A stretch of DNA of 64,000 bases from Eledone cirrhosa (lineage: Eukaryota). The stretch is taken from NCBI GenBank assembly GCA_964016885.1, contig OZ024741.1:300266001-300330000 (forward strand). Direction: 5' to 3'. The notes beneath the pieces are model-generated. The model saw only the letters and a list, made by a program, of their open reading frames with translations. It did no database searches and was not told where the DNA came from. Of this stretch, positions 12,796 through 25,495 are shown in pieces. The first letter of the stretch is position 1, and the number at the start of each line of letters is the position of its first letter. A program made the translations under genes and the position numbers.

Positions 12796-13962
12796 AATAA
12801 TGTATCATAATAATACATCCGCTTGCTACAATATCAATAGCTCATATCGTCCATAAGGCTTTTACATTTTCATGACAGTATCATACTAGTAAAAGCAAAA
12901 TTACTGTCAATAGCAAAATCACACTCAGTTAATCAAATGTATCCACACCTCAATCAAGATTTTTTTTTTTTACGTTCTCTCATCCTCTTCACTCTCACGT
13001 GGAAGTCCTACACATAAACTCTAACGCAATCAATTTCCCACTGTTACTTATTTACAAATTAGAACACACATGTATTATACATATGCTTTCAGGCAACTTC
13101 GCTCACGTGCAACTTCGTCGACGCTTGTTCGACATTACATACAATTGTGCGCATTCTTCTCTGCTAGGTACCACTTATGTATTTTATTTCTTTATTCTCC
13201 CTTTATCTTCATTGATAATTGGCAAACTCTCTTCTTTTCACGTATCTCCACCATCCAATACAAGCTATTACGTATAATTTGTGCCACTTTTCTACATTGT
13301 TCTTATTTCTGTCTGCTTTTTCAGATTTATCCTGACGGCATCACACAGAATATGTGGGTGATGCCTTTAAAGAAAATGCATATTAACGAGTAAATAAACA
13401 TGTCTATCACGTTTTCCTTTAGTTTTCTTTTAGTTATAACGATTAATAATATGTTTCTTAACTATTCTTTATACAATAAGGAATATATATTTTCCATGCT
13501 TTCAATAACGTAAAATAGAAAGGAAGGATAAAGACTAGGTACAGAACATTTTCGATTTTTTAAAAAGTGTTTAATGACTATATTTTAAATATCTGACACT
13601 AAGTTTTTATGGAAGGTGTATAAATGGGATTCATTGACTCTACTATTTAACTTTTACGTTATTTCATCAATTTCGGAAGAATGGTTTTGGAGGTTTTATA
13701 TCCAAAAAGCTACAATTAAGTACCCGAAATCTGCCAATAATAAACAGAATTATATTTTCAATTCAGAACACGTTTAATGGTAATTTATAATTAGTGACAC
13801 CTACATGATTTTGTAAGCTTAATTAGATTGTTCATAGCCATAATCAAAGTCGGAAATACTTAATTTTGCTTTTATCCATTTTTTTATATTTCTATCATTG
13901 TATAACTTTTGTTTGTAAAATATTAATTATAAAATTATAAACTTGTATTTTCAAATACAAAA

Positions 13963-13995
<33 letters not shown>

Positions 13996-14209
13996 GAATG
14001 CCATGGTTGACGGAGGCTCGGCTCTGTAAGGTATAGTAATTTTTAACCGTTAAAACAATTGTAAATTGTTTAAAACTTGAACCAAATTGTTGATAAAGAC
14101 ACCCTCCTCCTCGTGAGAGGGGTCTTTCTGTCCGTTATTTGGCCCTTCGGGGTTAAATAACCAGTTATTGGGGTTTTGTACCCAATATTCATTTTAAACA
14201 AAAAACAAC

Positions 14210-16315
14210 ATGGCTACGAAAAAGAAATTTCATACGTCACTCCCACTCATTCCGTCTTCTTCTTCCTCAATCATCACTACAGCAGAGAGAAGATTGTCTC
14301 TCTCCCTCCCTTCTTTAAATGTGTCTCTCTCCCTCCCTTCTCTTTCGCAAGTGACGAAAGAAAAGAAAAGTCTCGTGCAAAGCGTGCAAGGTTTCTCCAC
14401 GACGACGACGACGACAGCGACGAAACAGGTGTGCGGGAAATACGAAAACCCAGTTCATTCGTCTGACGTCAGGAATAATAGCAGTAGCAGCCGTAATAAC
14501 AACAGCAACAGTGACAATGAAAACAACAGTAGCAGCCGCAACAGCATCACCAGCAGCATAAACAACAACAGCATTAGCAGCAGCAACACCAACAACAACC
14601 ACAGCAACAGCGGCGGAGGCAGTAGTCGTAGTAACTGCAGCAACAACAAAAGTACCAGCAGCTCTGACGACAACAACAACAATAGCAGCACAGAAAAACC
14701 AATCTCATTTGCAGGCATTGCGAAAAACTTGGAAACAATCCTCATAACAAATGAGGAATTAGAGGAAGCGAAGAAGATGGTGACAAAGAATGGACACCGA
14801 GCAATCTGCAAGGCAGCGGAAACATTTTTCGAAACCCAACAGCACTGTACGGTCACGTACCGTACAGTAAGTACAAAATCCCGTAGGGTGCTAAGAGCCA
14901 CAGAGGCTCAGATACAAAAAGCCTTGGGGTCTGTGTGGCAGCGGAAAACGCACATCACCCGAGGCAAAAAATATGCCACCGTAGACGTACTTTTTGCCAC
15001 ACCCCAGGAGGCAAAGGCCCAATCAGTAGTGACCCTAAGGAGCGAGGAAATGGTGTTGGTGCCCTCCTACTGCGGGCAAAAAATTGTGAGGGTCAAACTG
15101 ACCCACGTCCCCCCCGGAATGGCCCCTTCTTGGCTGGCCGCGTCTGTCCTCGTCGGAATCGAGGACAAAACAACTGTACTGCAAGTACAGAAAAAAGTAA
15201 GAGAAGATTGGGTAGGCACCTCCATTGAGATGCTAATCCAAACCAACCAGGAGTGCATCGAAGCTATCCCGGATGTGATAGACTTCGATAACGGCACGCA
15301 ACTGCCCATAAGTGTTGAGGGCAAACGCCCGAAATGCTTTCGCTGTGGATCGAAGACTCACCTCAGGGCCTTCTGCAACGAGAAGACCCTGAGAAAGGAG
15401 AAAACCCCCCTCCTTCCGAATCCGGCTCCACGGCTACCAGCAACAGGACAAGCGGCAACCAGGAACGATAGGTCCGTGGCACCCATACCCACGCCACGGA
15501 AATCAAAAACAGCAGCAGCAGTGGAAATATTAACAACAACAACAGCAATACCAAATGCAGCTGCAACAGAGACTCCAGTGCAAACATCACCAACAACAAC
15601 AAGTGAAAGAGTGGAGCTGGTACCCCTCCCCGACCTCACAGAATCAGACATGGAGTGTGAGGTGGGAGAGGGATGGCAAAAGGTCGTAAGAAGGCACAAA
15701 CGCAGAAGCAGCGCATCGTCGCCTTTGAAAAGGGAGGAAAGAAATGAGAAAAGGGTAAAGTCTACTGCAAAGAGACCCACAGCAGCAACACCACCAACAC
15801 CATCACCACCCACACTAGCACCACCATCACCACCGGCGACAACCCCACCGCCAACAACACCTTCAACACCACCACCACAAGCACCAACATCGCAAACACA
15901 ACAACAAAACACACACACCCAGCAACAACGACAAGAAAATAGCAGAACCACACCCCACCCCCAGAAAAACAAATGCACGGCAATAAATACACACAACAAG
16001 AAACTAATGACTTACATAATTGAACACACAGACATTTCACAACAGGACTACATAATACCAGCACCAATCAAAACGCCAACTAACATAAGACTGCTAAAAA
16101 TAGCACAGAAACAATACACAAACATTAAAACGAAATTCCCCAACGCAGTTGGTGATTTCAGGGACCTAGGAGGAACCATCAATCGAAGAGTATATTCAGA
16201 CATTCTCTTAGAAGAGCCGACGACCAGCCGAAGGGACGATTCAACGGTCCCTTCACCAGACGATCAAGTGAAAAGGGATGGAAAAACCATCCCTCCTCTA
16301 CCAAAAGTACGGTAA
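14210..16315 (+). CDS. LINE ORF1 protein (gag-like, single CCHC zinc knuckle), 701 aa
   Basis: CFRCGSKTHLRAFC knuckle, SFAGIAK motif, DMECE..WQKVVRRHKRR, S/N- and P/T-rich low-complexity tracts. Reading frame intact. Confidence 0.85.
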   Translation: MATKKKFHTSLPLIPSSSSSIITTAERRLSLSLPSLNVSLSLPSLSQVTKEKKSLVQSVQGFSTTTTTTATKQVCGKYENPVHSSDVRNNSSSSRNNNSNSDNENNSSSRNSITSSINNNSISSSNTNNNHSNSGGGSSRSNCSNNKSTSSSDDNNNNSSTEKPISFAGIAKNLETILITNEELEEAKKMVTKNGHRAICKAAETFFETQQHCTVTYRTVSTKSRRVLRATEAQIQKALGSVWQRKTHITRGKKYATVDVLFATPQEAKAQSVVTLRSEEMVLVPSYCGQKIVRVKLTHVPPGMAPSWLAASVLVGIEDKTTVLQVQKKVREDWVGTSIEMLIQTNQECIEAIPDVIDFDNGTQLPISVEGKRPKCFRCGSKTHLRAFCNEKTLRKEKTPLLPNPAPRLPATGQAATRNDRSVAPIPTPRKSKTAAAVEILTTTTAIPNAAATETPVQTSPTTTSERVELVPLPDLTESDMECEVGEGWQKVVRRHKRRSSASSPLKREERNEKRVKSTAKRPTAATPPTPSPPTLAPPSPPATTPPPTTPSTPPPQAPTSQTQQQNTHTQQQRQENSRTTPHPQKNKCTAINTHNKKLMTYIIEHTDISQQDYIIPAPIKTPTNIRLLKIAQKQYTNIKTKFPNAVGDFRDLGGTINRRVYSDILLEEPTTSRRDDSTVPSPDDQVKRDGKTIPPLPKVR

Positions 16316-16350
16316 GTGTTCTTTCCCATCTTTTCCACTCTATTTTAAAT

Positions 16351-19300
16351 ATGACCTCACTCAGAATAGGCAGCATAAATGCGCGTGGCTTGGGGTCGTC
16401 ATGGAAGCAGGGTCACCTGCTCAACGACCTCAGGTCACTAAACATAGATGTAGAGGCCATCAGCGAGACCAGAATCTCCGAAGCACGGGCCCTCGCACCG
16501 ATCTTCGGCGGCTACGATGTGTACGCATCTCCCAGCCGTCCTGGATCGGGTGGAGGAGTTGCTGTGCTTTTTCGGAGAGGTTTGGATCTTGCCATACGGG
16601 CCATCTTCCTGGACCCAGAGGGTAAGCTGGTGGTGCTGGACGTGACCAGCGGAGACGGGCAAGCTTTCAGGCTAGTGGCCGTCTATGCCCCGACAGGAGC
16701 AGGGCGGCCTGATTTCTTCCGGCGTCTGGAGACCTTTCTTGGAACGTCCCGCTCTTTAGTGTAAGTGGGCGACTGGAACGGGATCTTAGATGCACGCTGG
16801 GACTGTGTGGGATTAGCGGATAGGGGTGGAGGGTGCAAGAGCCTCACCAACCTGCTCAGGCGTTTTGAACTGTCTGACAGGTACCGATTGGATTTCCCGA
16901 ATGTGCCAATGTGGACTTGGACAAACCGCATAGGGTCATCCAGATCATATCTAGATAGAGTATCTTGTAGGGAAATAGATAGGTCTAGCATAGGCTGTCC
17001 ACAATTCAAGATAGTCAGCTACACGGACCACAAATTCGTGATCTGTGTGCTTGACTTAGATAGGCTTCATAGACGAGGACCGTCTACTGGAAGCTAAACG
17101 CGTCCTTACCAGCGCGCAAGGCCTACAGAGACAGGATTAGCGAACCAGTTAAGCGGGCGTTGACGGGGGCCATCGTCAACAACAAGTGGTGGTTTGCTCT
17201 GAAAAGAGCGATTAGAATAGAATCGATTAGGTTTAGTAAGGCTTTAGCAATAGAGAAAAATAGAGCAGAGGGAGAACTAGTTAGAAAATTAGACAAGGCG
17301 CTTAGCAAAGGCATTGCGACCGACGTGCTTGCGGCGAAATTGGCCCTTGACCAATTCTTCAATGCAAAGCACGAAGGCTGCGTTGTCAGAGCAAGGGTGC
17401 GTTCTCTCAGACACGAGGGGACGAAAGCCGTTCAATGGGCCCGAGGGGCGGAGGCGCGTCGTGGCAACAAAGCCACGATCCGGTCTTTGGTGGACCACGA
17501 CGGGCGTATGCTACTCGATCCCGGGCAAATGTGTGAAGCTTTTCAGCGACACTTCGCTCAGCTGTTCGGGATAGGCGGTGGGCCGGGTAGAGGGATGGAC
17601 TTTAGTGTCTACCTCGACGGACTGCCGCGGCTTTCGGCCACTGAGGCGGAGTGTTGCGAAAAGCCGATAACAACCGCTGAAGTACGGGATGCAATGACTA
17701 GTTGCACAAGGGGTAAATCGCCTAGTTTGGATGGTCTGCCCTATGAACTTTACGTACAGATGCCAGACTTGTTCGGAGGCCTCTTGGCGGACGTCTACTG
17801 CAACTGGCAACAGAACGGGAGAATTCCCAGTTATGTGAGCCGAGGAGCGGTGGCACTGCTGAGAAAGGATCCGAACAAGGGGGATAACATAGATAATTTC
17901 CGGCCTATAACTCTGCTAAACACAGAGTTCAAGATTTTGGCCAAGGTGCTAGCAAAGAGGTTGGCGCTTGTCGTTGGTGGTCTGGTGGGAGAGGCGCAGA
18001 CATGCGCCATTCCCGACAGATCCATCCACGACAACCTCCCCCTCATGCGATACATCATAGAGAGGGTAGCTAAGGAACCTGGCACGGGTGGGTCCTTGAT
18101 CAATTTAGATCAGTCGAAAGCTTTCGATAGGGTCGACCATCGTTACCTAGCGGCAGTCCTGAGGGCGGCTGGCTTTGGGCCCGTCTTCAGAGGCTGGATC
18201 GCTGCCATGCACAGCGACATCTGCTCTGTGGTGAGAGTGAACGGTCACCTGTCGGAACCGTTCAACATCATGCGCTCGGTCCGCCAAGGATGTCCCCTCT
18301 CGTCCCTCTTGTACGTATTGACTCTCGAGCCATTACTGCACAAACTGGGGACGTTGAGGGAAGTCCCGCGCGAACTAGGATGCGGAAGATCCGTGTCAGC
18401 ATATGCGGACGATGTCACCGTAGTAGTGTCGAACGCCAAACACATCGAGGCGATCGGCACTACACTAAGAGAATACGAAGCGGTGACAGGAGCAATGATC
18501 AACCAGGAAAAGTCAGTGGGCCTGCAGCTCGGCACCTGGAGAGGCAGGTCCATGCCGTCCAACAGCGTCGTCGGACGCTGGACGGACGGACCGGTTAAAT
18601 TGCTAGGGATCTGGTTCGGTCCGGACCTCCAGACGGACAAAAACTGGGACGAGGTGACGAGCAGGGTGGCTTCTCTCACCCAGAAATGGGCGGAGAGGAA
18701 GCTATCCCTGAAAGGTCGAGCGGAGGTGGCTAACGCGTACATCGCGTCTGTCATCTGCTACCGCCTGACCGTCGTACCTTGTCCTAAGCCTCGCCTGACT
18801 GCGCTGGAGCGTTTGCTCTTTCGCTTTTTGTGGAAGGGACGTGCTCCGATGGTCAGGCGGTCCATCTGTTGTCAACACCCGCTACGTGGAGGGCTGGGCA
18901 TGCCGTGGCTGATGATGCGCAGGCACGCGCTCAGGCTACGACATCTCCACCTCTTCCTCGACGGTGATCAGGTGTGGTCGCCGTTTGCTAGACGCGTATT
19001 TCCCCAGCTCGTTTCCTTGACGGAGCTGTAGTCCTGGGTCAAACGAAGACCGAGAGGGAGCGCCTGGAGACTGGAATGTCTTCAGGCGCTCACAGCCCTC
19101 GACCAATCGGGCAATGTGATCGGTGGAAACTCCACCTTGGCGTTCTATAGGGGATAAGTGGAGGGGAAGAGCGACGACGTACTTGGAGAAACTCTAGGCG
19201 TCGACGAAAATCAACTAGCCAATCTCTTCGGAAGAACTTTCCGGCCGGGGACTATGGACAACTTCCAGAAATCTCTGGCCTGGCAGTGCTACCGAGGAGC

Positions 19301-19769
19301 CTTGCCAGTTCGGGATAAACTCTACAGGCATGGAGGTGCCGTCAGCCGGGCATGTCCGAGATGCGCGCAGGGCGACGAAACCGTCCTGCACGCACTCGTC
19401 CAGTGTCCGAAAATTGCTGACTTGTGGGTTTATGTCGAACACCTGCTGTCACGTGTAGGACGGATCCGGCTATCATCTGACTCCATCGTGAGGATTGCCC
19501 CGCCCTCCTCCTTTAGCCGGGAAGGGCAGGCAGTTTTTATCTGTCTGGTGGCCATGGCGAAAGAGATAGTATGGTGGACACGTTTGAAAGGGCTGAAGAC
19601 GAGCACTTACCTCTTCGGTGATGCCCTGATTAACTTTTTCAAATTTCATTTGAAAAGGAAAATCAGGGTAGAGAGGGAAGTGCTCTCTTCCCAGCATTTT
19701 GTTGAAAGATGGGTGAGAGAAGCAAGTATGGCCCGAATGAATGGGCCTTCTCTGAGTATGTGTCTGTAA
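16351..19769 (+). pseudogene. LINE ORF2 (APE endonuclease, reverse transcriptase, C-terminal Cys motif), disrupted
   Basis: Relative to the intact copy: TTA>TAA at 16762, 1-nt deletion near 17081, CAG>TAG at 19029, TTA>TAA at 19155. Confidence 0.92.
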
Positions 19770-20011
19770 ATTAAAGGTGGAAAACTGGGAGAGGGCACTT
19801 GCCCTGGTGGTCAGGGCCACTGTGGTCTTTTAATGGGCTTTCTCCACAAATGTCCCTCGGAAGTCTCCCCCCTATTGGGGAATTTTTCTTTGTTATTTTA
19901 TTTCAACCTCTGTTTTTTTACACGCAGAAATGCCCATTTGTACCGTCCTGTATTGTCCTGTACTGTCCTTAATGTCTACTTTATGTGAACCCTTGTGGTT
20001 AATAAAGAAAA

Positions 20012-20012
<1 letters not shown>

Positions 20013-20067
<55 letters not shown>

Positions 20068-20395
20068 GCCCATTTATTGCTGACAGGGCCGCGAGGGTGT
20101 AGTCCTCAAACACTCCTGCCAGTGGGTCCCGTCTGAAGCAATCGTCTCCATCTAATTCAGCTGGATCCCCAACGAAAGTAGACAAGCCCATGGATGTTAT
20201 CCAACGATCTTGATCCAGGTCTACCCCTGGGTCACCTGGCGGTTGTTTTTTGCCATCAAATTTGTTCAGCGATTCTTTCCTGAGATATTCTAACCAAATA
20301 CTTGTAGTATCGGAGCTGTGATCTCTCAATTCAGAGAAGTAAAGGCTCTACCTAGAGTGACAATCTGATCTCCTAGCTACGCTCTTTATTGAGTA
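20013..20395 (-). mobile_element. 3' end of an RTE-like LINE whose (TAA)n tail forms the ATT tract next to the Tx1-like copy
   Basis: Minus strand CCAGGGGTAGACC..GTTGGATAACATCCATG resembles 50485-50525 (RGRP..DDI region) and ends GGGCGAATAATAAT. Confidence 0.65.
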
Positions 20396-20420
20396 ACCTT
20401 ACAAATAAATAAATAAAGAG

Positions 20421-20475
<55 letters not shown>

Positions 20476-20731
20476 CAATAAAATGTTATGCAAAGTATTT
20501 ATTCTCTCTTCATTCTGCTAATTTGCGGTTTACTAAATGTATTAAGTTTACGTTTGTAGTTGGTATACTCTCGAAATATTAAATGGGACTCATGTCAAAT
20601 TCAATTCATTTCTTGTCATTTTCCCCATATGTTGCTGCTAATATGATAAACCAGTTTTAGAGACTGCATCCTCAATTACTTTTTATCACGAATTTCCTAT
20701 TCTAAAACACATCTGAATATTCATGCATACA

Positions 20732-20776
<45 letters not shown>

Positions 20777-21124
20777 CAGATTAAAGTTTAAGCAAAGAAT
20801 CGGTGCTTACACCCTTAACGGGAACTTCTGAAACTAAAAAAAATCCATCTGTGAACGCAGAATTAAATATTTCGAAAACCGTTGCAACCGAAGACGATAC
20901 TTTGGTTCGTGAAGACGTTCACTGGCAAAGAACGGAAGAAAACGAAGATAATATGTCATTATTTGGAGCGTTGAGAACAATTACACGCAAAGGCAAAACC
21001 ACGTTTATGGTATAAATTAAGTCGTAGACAAAAATTCTATTTAGGAACCCGAATGATTCTCGGCTTCAGAGTTAAAAATAATGTAAATACATTACAGAGG
21101 TTATTGAAATCAACAATAATTGAA

Positions 21125-21320
21125 TATATACATGCACGCATCCATATACGTACATACACATGCAATGCGAAAACACCCGCCATGGGTATGCAAATACAAG
21201 CACGTACACAAAAACACGCGCGCACTTACAAAAACCACGCAACACCTGTATCCGCACACATAAGAACGTTTACACCAAATACACTTAAAAATATATATAA
21301 AGATATATATATATAAATAT
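21125..21320. repeat. Dispersed repeat with an inverted partner at about 23610-23737, bracketing the Penelope-like element
   Basis: CATGGGTATGCAAATACAAGCACGTACAC has its reverse complement at 23709-23737. Confidence 0.8.
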
Positions 21321-21779
21321 ATGTTTGTGAGTGTGTGTGCGTGCGTGTATACACATAATTATATAAACGTATATAAATATAAACACATAAATAGGTATAT
21401 AACGTGCGCACATACATACCTACATGTAAATACACATATGTTCGCTATACTTACGTCAACCAAAACGCAAAGTACACATATACACGCAGCCTACATATGT
21501 GCGTGCAAACCCGCATACACACACAAACGAAAAATTGACATATACACATAACCATATACACATGTACCAATATATATGATATAATATATACTCCAATAAC
21601 AAGTACAAGCAAATACAAGTACGAAAATGTATAGGTAATATATACTTACAGGTAAATATATACTTACCTATACAAATAAGTAATGGTATTTAACATATAC
21701 TAACTACCACATCAACACATAAATTATCCGCGTATAGTTCGTACTATCCGTTAGGGTATAATATGGGGCTGTAATACAC

Positions 21780-22895
21780 GAATCTTTTGCGCAATTTATG
21801 TTTACAAGCGAAAATTGCCTCAGCTTTCCAGGGCTTCAGCGACGCAGAGGTCACGTGATCTTTTATTTCCGTTATACGATCTAGCCTCAGCTAGGATCTC
21901 CCAGTGTAATCCATGGGTGTGGTCGTTGTCTTTTAGACTCCAGATATAAGCAGAAAGTGACGTCATATTCATTCTTAAAAGGCTAAGAAAAGAGTAGGTA
22001 TGCATGTAAAGACGCTGCTTGAATCTATTGGCGGTTAACCCAATGTAGGCCCCACGGGACGTGGGTGTTTCAACCTTACATTTGTAGACAATGTTACTAG
22101 AGAGGCATTTCCTGGATAGGGGGCAGTCAACCCGATTTCTACAATTACAGTTAGTACTAACTACAAGGTTGCACGTGTTCCTACGGCTAGGTAATTTAGC
22201 TAAATTTGAAGCAGGGATGTTATGTGCAAGGTTAGGAGTCGTAGAGTAAGAAATGTTAATGGTATTTCTATTAAAAATTATTATATTTATGTGCTGGGGG
22301 GAATTGCTTCATAATAACGGCGAGAAAGATCTTAGATCATATTATATGGTGGGTTATACCAACAAATGCGTCGGGATCTATTTTTGCTAGGTCTATGCTC
22401 ATACTCGGTATATGCTACCTTATCGACAAATCCACCTCAAGCAAGAGCACCATTGTAATAGGGAGAATGGTCGGTGAAAATATGCTCGTTTCTAGATAGA
22501 CGGGAAAGCCTCAAAGAAACGTTTCTTACCAGGTTCTTGGTTATGCTGGCAGGATGGTTAGAATGCTTACTTATGTAATTAAGCATATTTAATTAAGCGT
22601 AATTAAGCGTATAGTGCAAGCGATTCGACACATTGAGGGTTACGTCGAGGTAATTAACGACCGAGAGGTTGGCCTCAACCTGTATGGAGAGGTTGAAGCC
22701 TTTAAAGAAGGCAGTGAGTTCTTTTCTGGACATGCGCAAGGCGTGAGCCGCACTTTGTCATGGTAAACCGACCATCATCACGATACAAACCTCCGCCCAC
22801 GTTGGGGAATTAATCATTGATAGAGAAAAGAAGGAAAATGCCGATAAGATCACTAACCTCCGCAGAATCGCTGGCGCCCATACTCACGTCGAATG
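21780..22895 (-). pseudogene. Decayed Penelope-like element (RT plus GIY-YIG endonuclease), CxCx5C linker as in Naiad-type PLEs
   Basis: Minus-strand translation gives VSMGASDSAEVSDLIGIFLL, YRDDG, CNCRNRVDCPLSRKCL, NIVYKC..AYIGLT and TSLSAYIWSLK. Confidence 0.85.
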
Positions 22896-22964
22896 GGTAC
22901 TATTAGATTGTTTAATCCAAATAGAGTCGTCGAAATTATTCACCAACTTACGGGCAATGAGGAT

Positions 22965-23120
22965 GACATCAACTTCGAAATCTTTAACCACCGTGAGCGG
23001 AATGGATTTGTCGATAACGTAGCATATACCGATTATGAGTATCGACCTAGGAAAAATAGATCCCGACGCATTATATGGTATAACCCACCATATAATATGG
23101 AGGTGGACACACCATTAGCT
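22965..23120 (+). pseudogene. Inverted internal fragment of the same Penelope-like RT
   Basis: Encodes RPRKNRSRRIIWYNPPY and is the reverse complement of about 22335-22490. Confidence 0.8.
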
Positions 23121-23582
23121 AATATCTCTCTCCCTCTGTTTCTCCTACTTTCTTTCGCCCCCTCTGTCATGTCCGTTAACTCTTCCTCACACTTCCACTC
23201 ACCCACTCACTGTTTCTCCTCTTCTCACTTCACCCCGTTCGCGACGAAATCATTTTCTCTCTCACTCACATTTGAATTCGCTGCTGAAAGGTCTATTTTC
23301 TAAGCGCTCATATATTCACCTAGCTTACGCTAACAGAATAACTATGAAGCTTGTCTCCTTCTTTCTACGGTTAGCTATCCTCTTTGTTGTTATCTCGTCT
23401 CACTCGCTTTACGCGTTTTAATTGTCCTAATAACTTAATTTAGTTATTATTGCACCGACGTGAGGTATATGATTTTTAATGCAATGAAATATCTATGATC
23501 GTTGGCAAATCACTGATGAGGGACTTATATTATTTTATTACATGTTATCCATGTGCAACCAGCAGTATTCTTCTCCCCATTT

Positions 23583-23618
<36 letters not shown>

Positions 23619-23737
23619 TTATATATATGTTTATGTGTATTTGGTGTATACGTTCGTATGTGTGCGGATACAGGTGTTGCGTCGTTTTTGTTGTGCGCGC
23701 GTGTTTTCGTGTACGTGCTTGTATTTGCATACCCATG

Positions 23738-23945
23738 GTGGTTTTGCAATCCAAGAACAGGAAATCAACACGAAATACCGGATTCACAAAAGAGATAGGG
23801 ATACAGGCAAAACACCTAGATGTGATAACAAGTGCAGACTCTGCAGAATTAACATCGAAGATGTCACCCATGTCATAAGCAGCTTTCCAAAGATGTGACC
23901 GCGGAACTATCTACCTATGAGGTATGTTGTAGTGGCCAAAACTCC
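23738..23945 (+). pseudogene. Fragment of an RLE-type non-LTR element (R4/Dong-like C-terminal zinc motif)
   Basis: FAIQEQEINTKY..KCRLCRINIEDVTHVISS resembles the CRxC-x4-E-x3-H-x4-C motif upstream of restriction-like endonucleases. Confidence 0.6.
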
Positions 23946-24790
23946 GTAGTGGCCAAAACATTTGCCAATATAATATCAAAGATTAGCGAAACGTAGAATA
24001 TTTATGCAGAACTGATGTGAAATCTCCACCCTGATTCTACATTCAGATTTATGTCTGTGATTATTGGGGTACTGGGATAAGTTAGTAACTGCCTCAAGAC
24101 AAATTTTGTGAAGCTGGGCTTCACAGGAACAGAAAGAACACAACTAGTTAGGAAACTACAAGTGCAATCCATTAATGGAACAGTAAAAATATGTAAAACA
24201 TTCCAAGAATGTTGCATATAATAACTGCATGTATACATATATACAGATACAAAGCATATACACACGCACACATACAACTCAAAGCATCCACATCCACACA
24301 TACAATAACATCAATACCTACATATGCATGCATGCAGACATGCATACATATCTACCTAGTTGATGTTGTGTAAATTCCAATGAAAGAGTCTTGTAACTAT
24401 GTTCGAAACCAACTGTCTCTCCATTGGCAAAAAATTGTGAAATTATAAAACAAGAACATACATACCTATATACATTCTACATTCGTAGTTTGCTGCAGAA
24501 TTAATACATATTAAATCTCAAACAGGAAAAATAAGTTTCATTGAATCTATTTGAATGTTTAAAAGAATGAAAAGAATAACATAGATTCAGCTCGAAATGA
24601 GAAATTGCTGTATATTTTAAAGGGTATTTACACATTTCCAGGTCAATAATCTTTATTGAATATTCAGATTTTATACACGCCTAAAATATATATTCCCTTC
24701 GCAATCAAGACATCTGGCGTTCAATCTAAATACCCAGCTGATTGAGTGTGACCTACTCTTGTTCCTATGTAATTAGCTTTTGTAACATAT

Positions 24791-25038
24791 TGTAGTGGCT
24801 GAGATGGTCGCTTGGTAGCTAGCAGTTGCCTCCCCTTAACAACCCTTCAGGGAAGGGAGGCAAAAATACATCCGGACACAGCCACAGGTTCACACACTCT
24901 TTTTGGACCACGGACATGAACAGACGTGCAAAGATCCGCTCCTCAAAATATTGACGTTGTAGGAAATTTACTAAATTATTGCATTAAATAAAATGATTGT
25001 TAGACATGATTGTGCATTTATTTATTCGACAAAGAGAA
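24791..25038 (+). repeat. 5' LTR (248-bp portion shared with the 3' LTR)
   Basis: Begins TGTAGTGGCT. About 3 substitutions against 29892-30139 by eye. Confidence 0.9.
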
Positions 25039-25142
25039 GGCAATGTGGAATGGCTCAACATTTGGAATGTCCGAATCACTTAGCGTAAGTCCATAAAATT
25101 CATTATATTCCATTTGTTATAGCACACATACAGAAAAACACA

Positions 25143-25173
<31 letters not shown>

Positions 25174-25495
25174 TTCTCTGGAAATAGAATTTTGCTTCCA
25201 ACATTCTGTGGAAATTACAAATGGAGATATTTCGTTTTCCCGCGTTCAGCCTGTCTTCTCCAATCCCAGCCATCTGATTGGCTGCATCGTGCCTCATGAC
25301 GGCTTCATCACGGACACATTTTTAAATCAGCCATCTTGGATTTTCTTACCATTAATTTTCATGGAAAATGATTTTTTTTTATTATTAAAATTTTCTTTGG
25401 AATATTTTTTTTTAAAGAAAAAAATTACCAGCAATCAGCAGCAACACCTGGCTAACTATTGACCAACACCAAAAAGTCATCAAATACGTGGCACC

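Larger units (their letters stand above)
13996..20012 (+). mobile_element. Full-length Tx1-like (L1-clade) non-LTR retrotransposon, copy 1, ORF2 inactivated
   Basis: 5'UTR, ORF1, ORF2, 3'UTR ending AATAAAGAAAAC. Flanked by (ATT)11 at 13963-13995 and (ATT)18 at 20013-20066. Near-identical to 56538-62561. Confidence 0.93.

Noticed and set aside
15358-16067. Antisense ORFs over ORF1, also at 14455-14901, 56993-57529 and 57887-58596
   Set aside because: These are shadows of the C/A-rich low-complexity ORF1 with no motifs. They are conserved only because the copies are near-identical.
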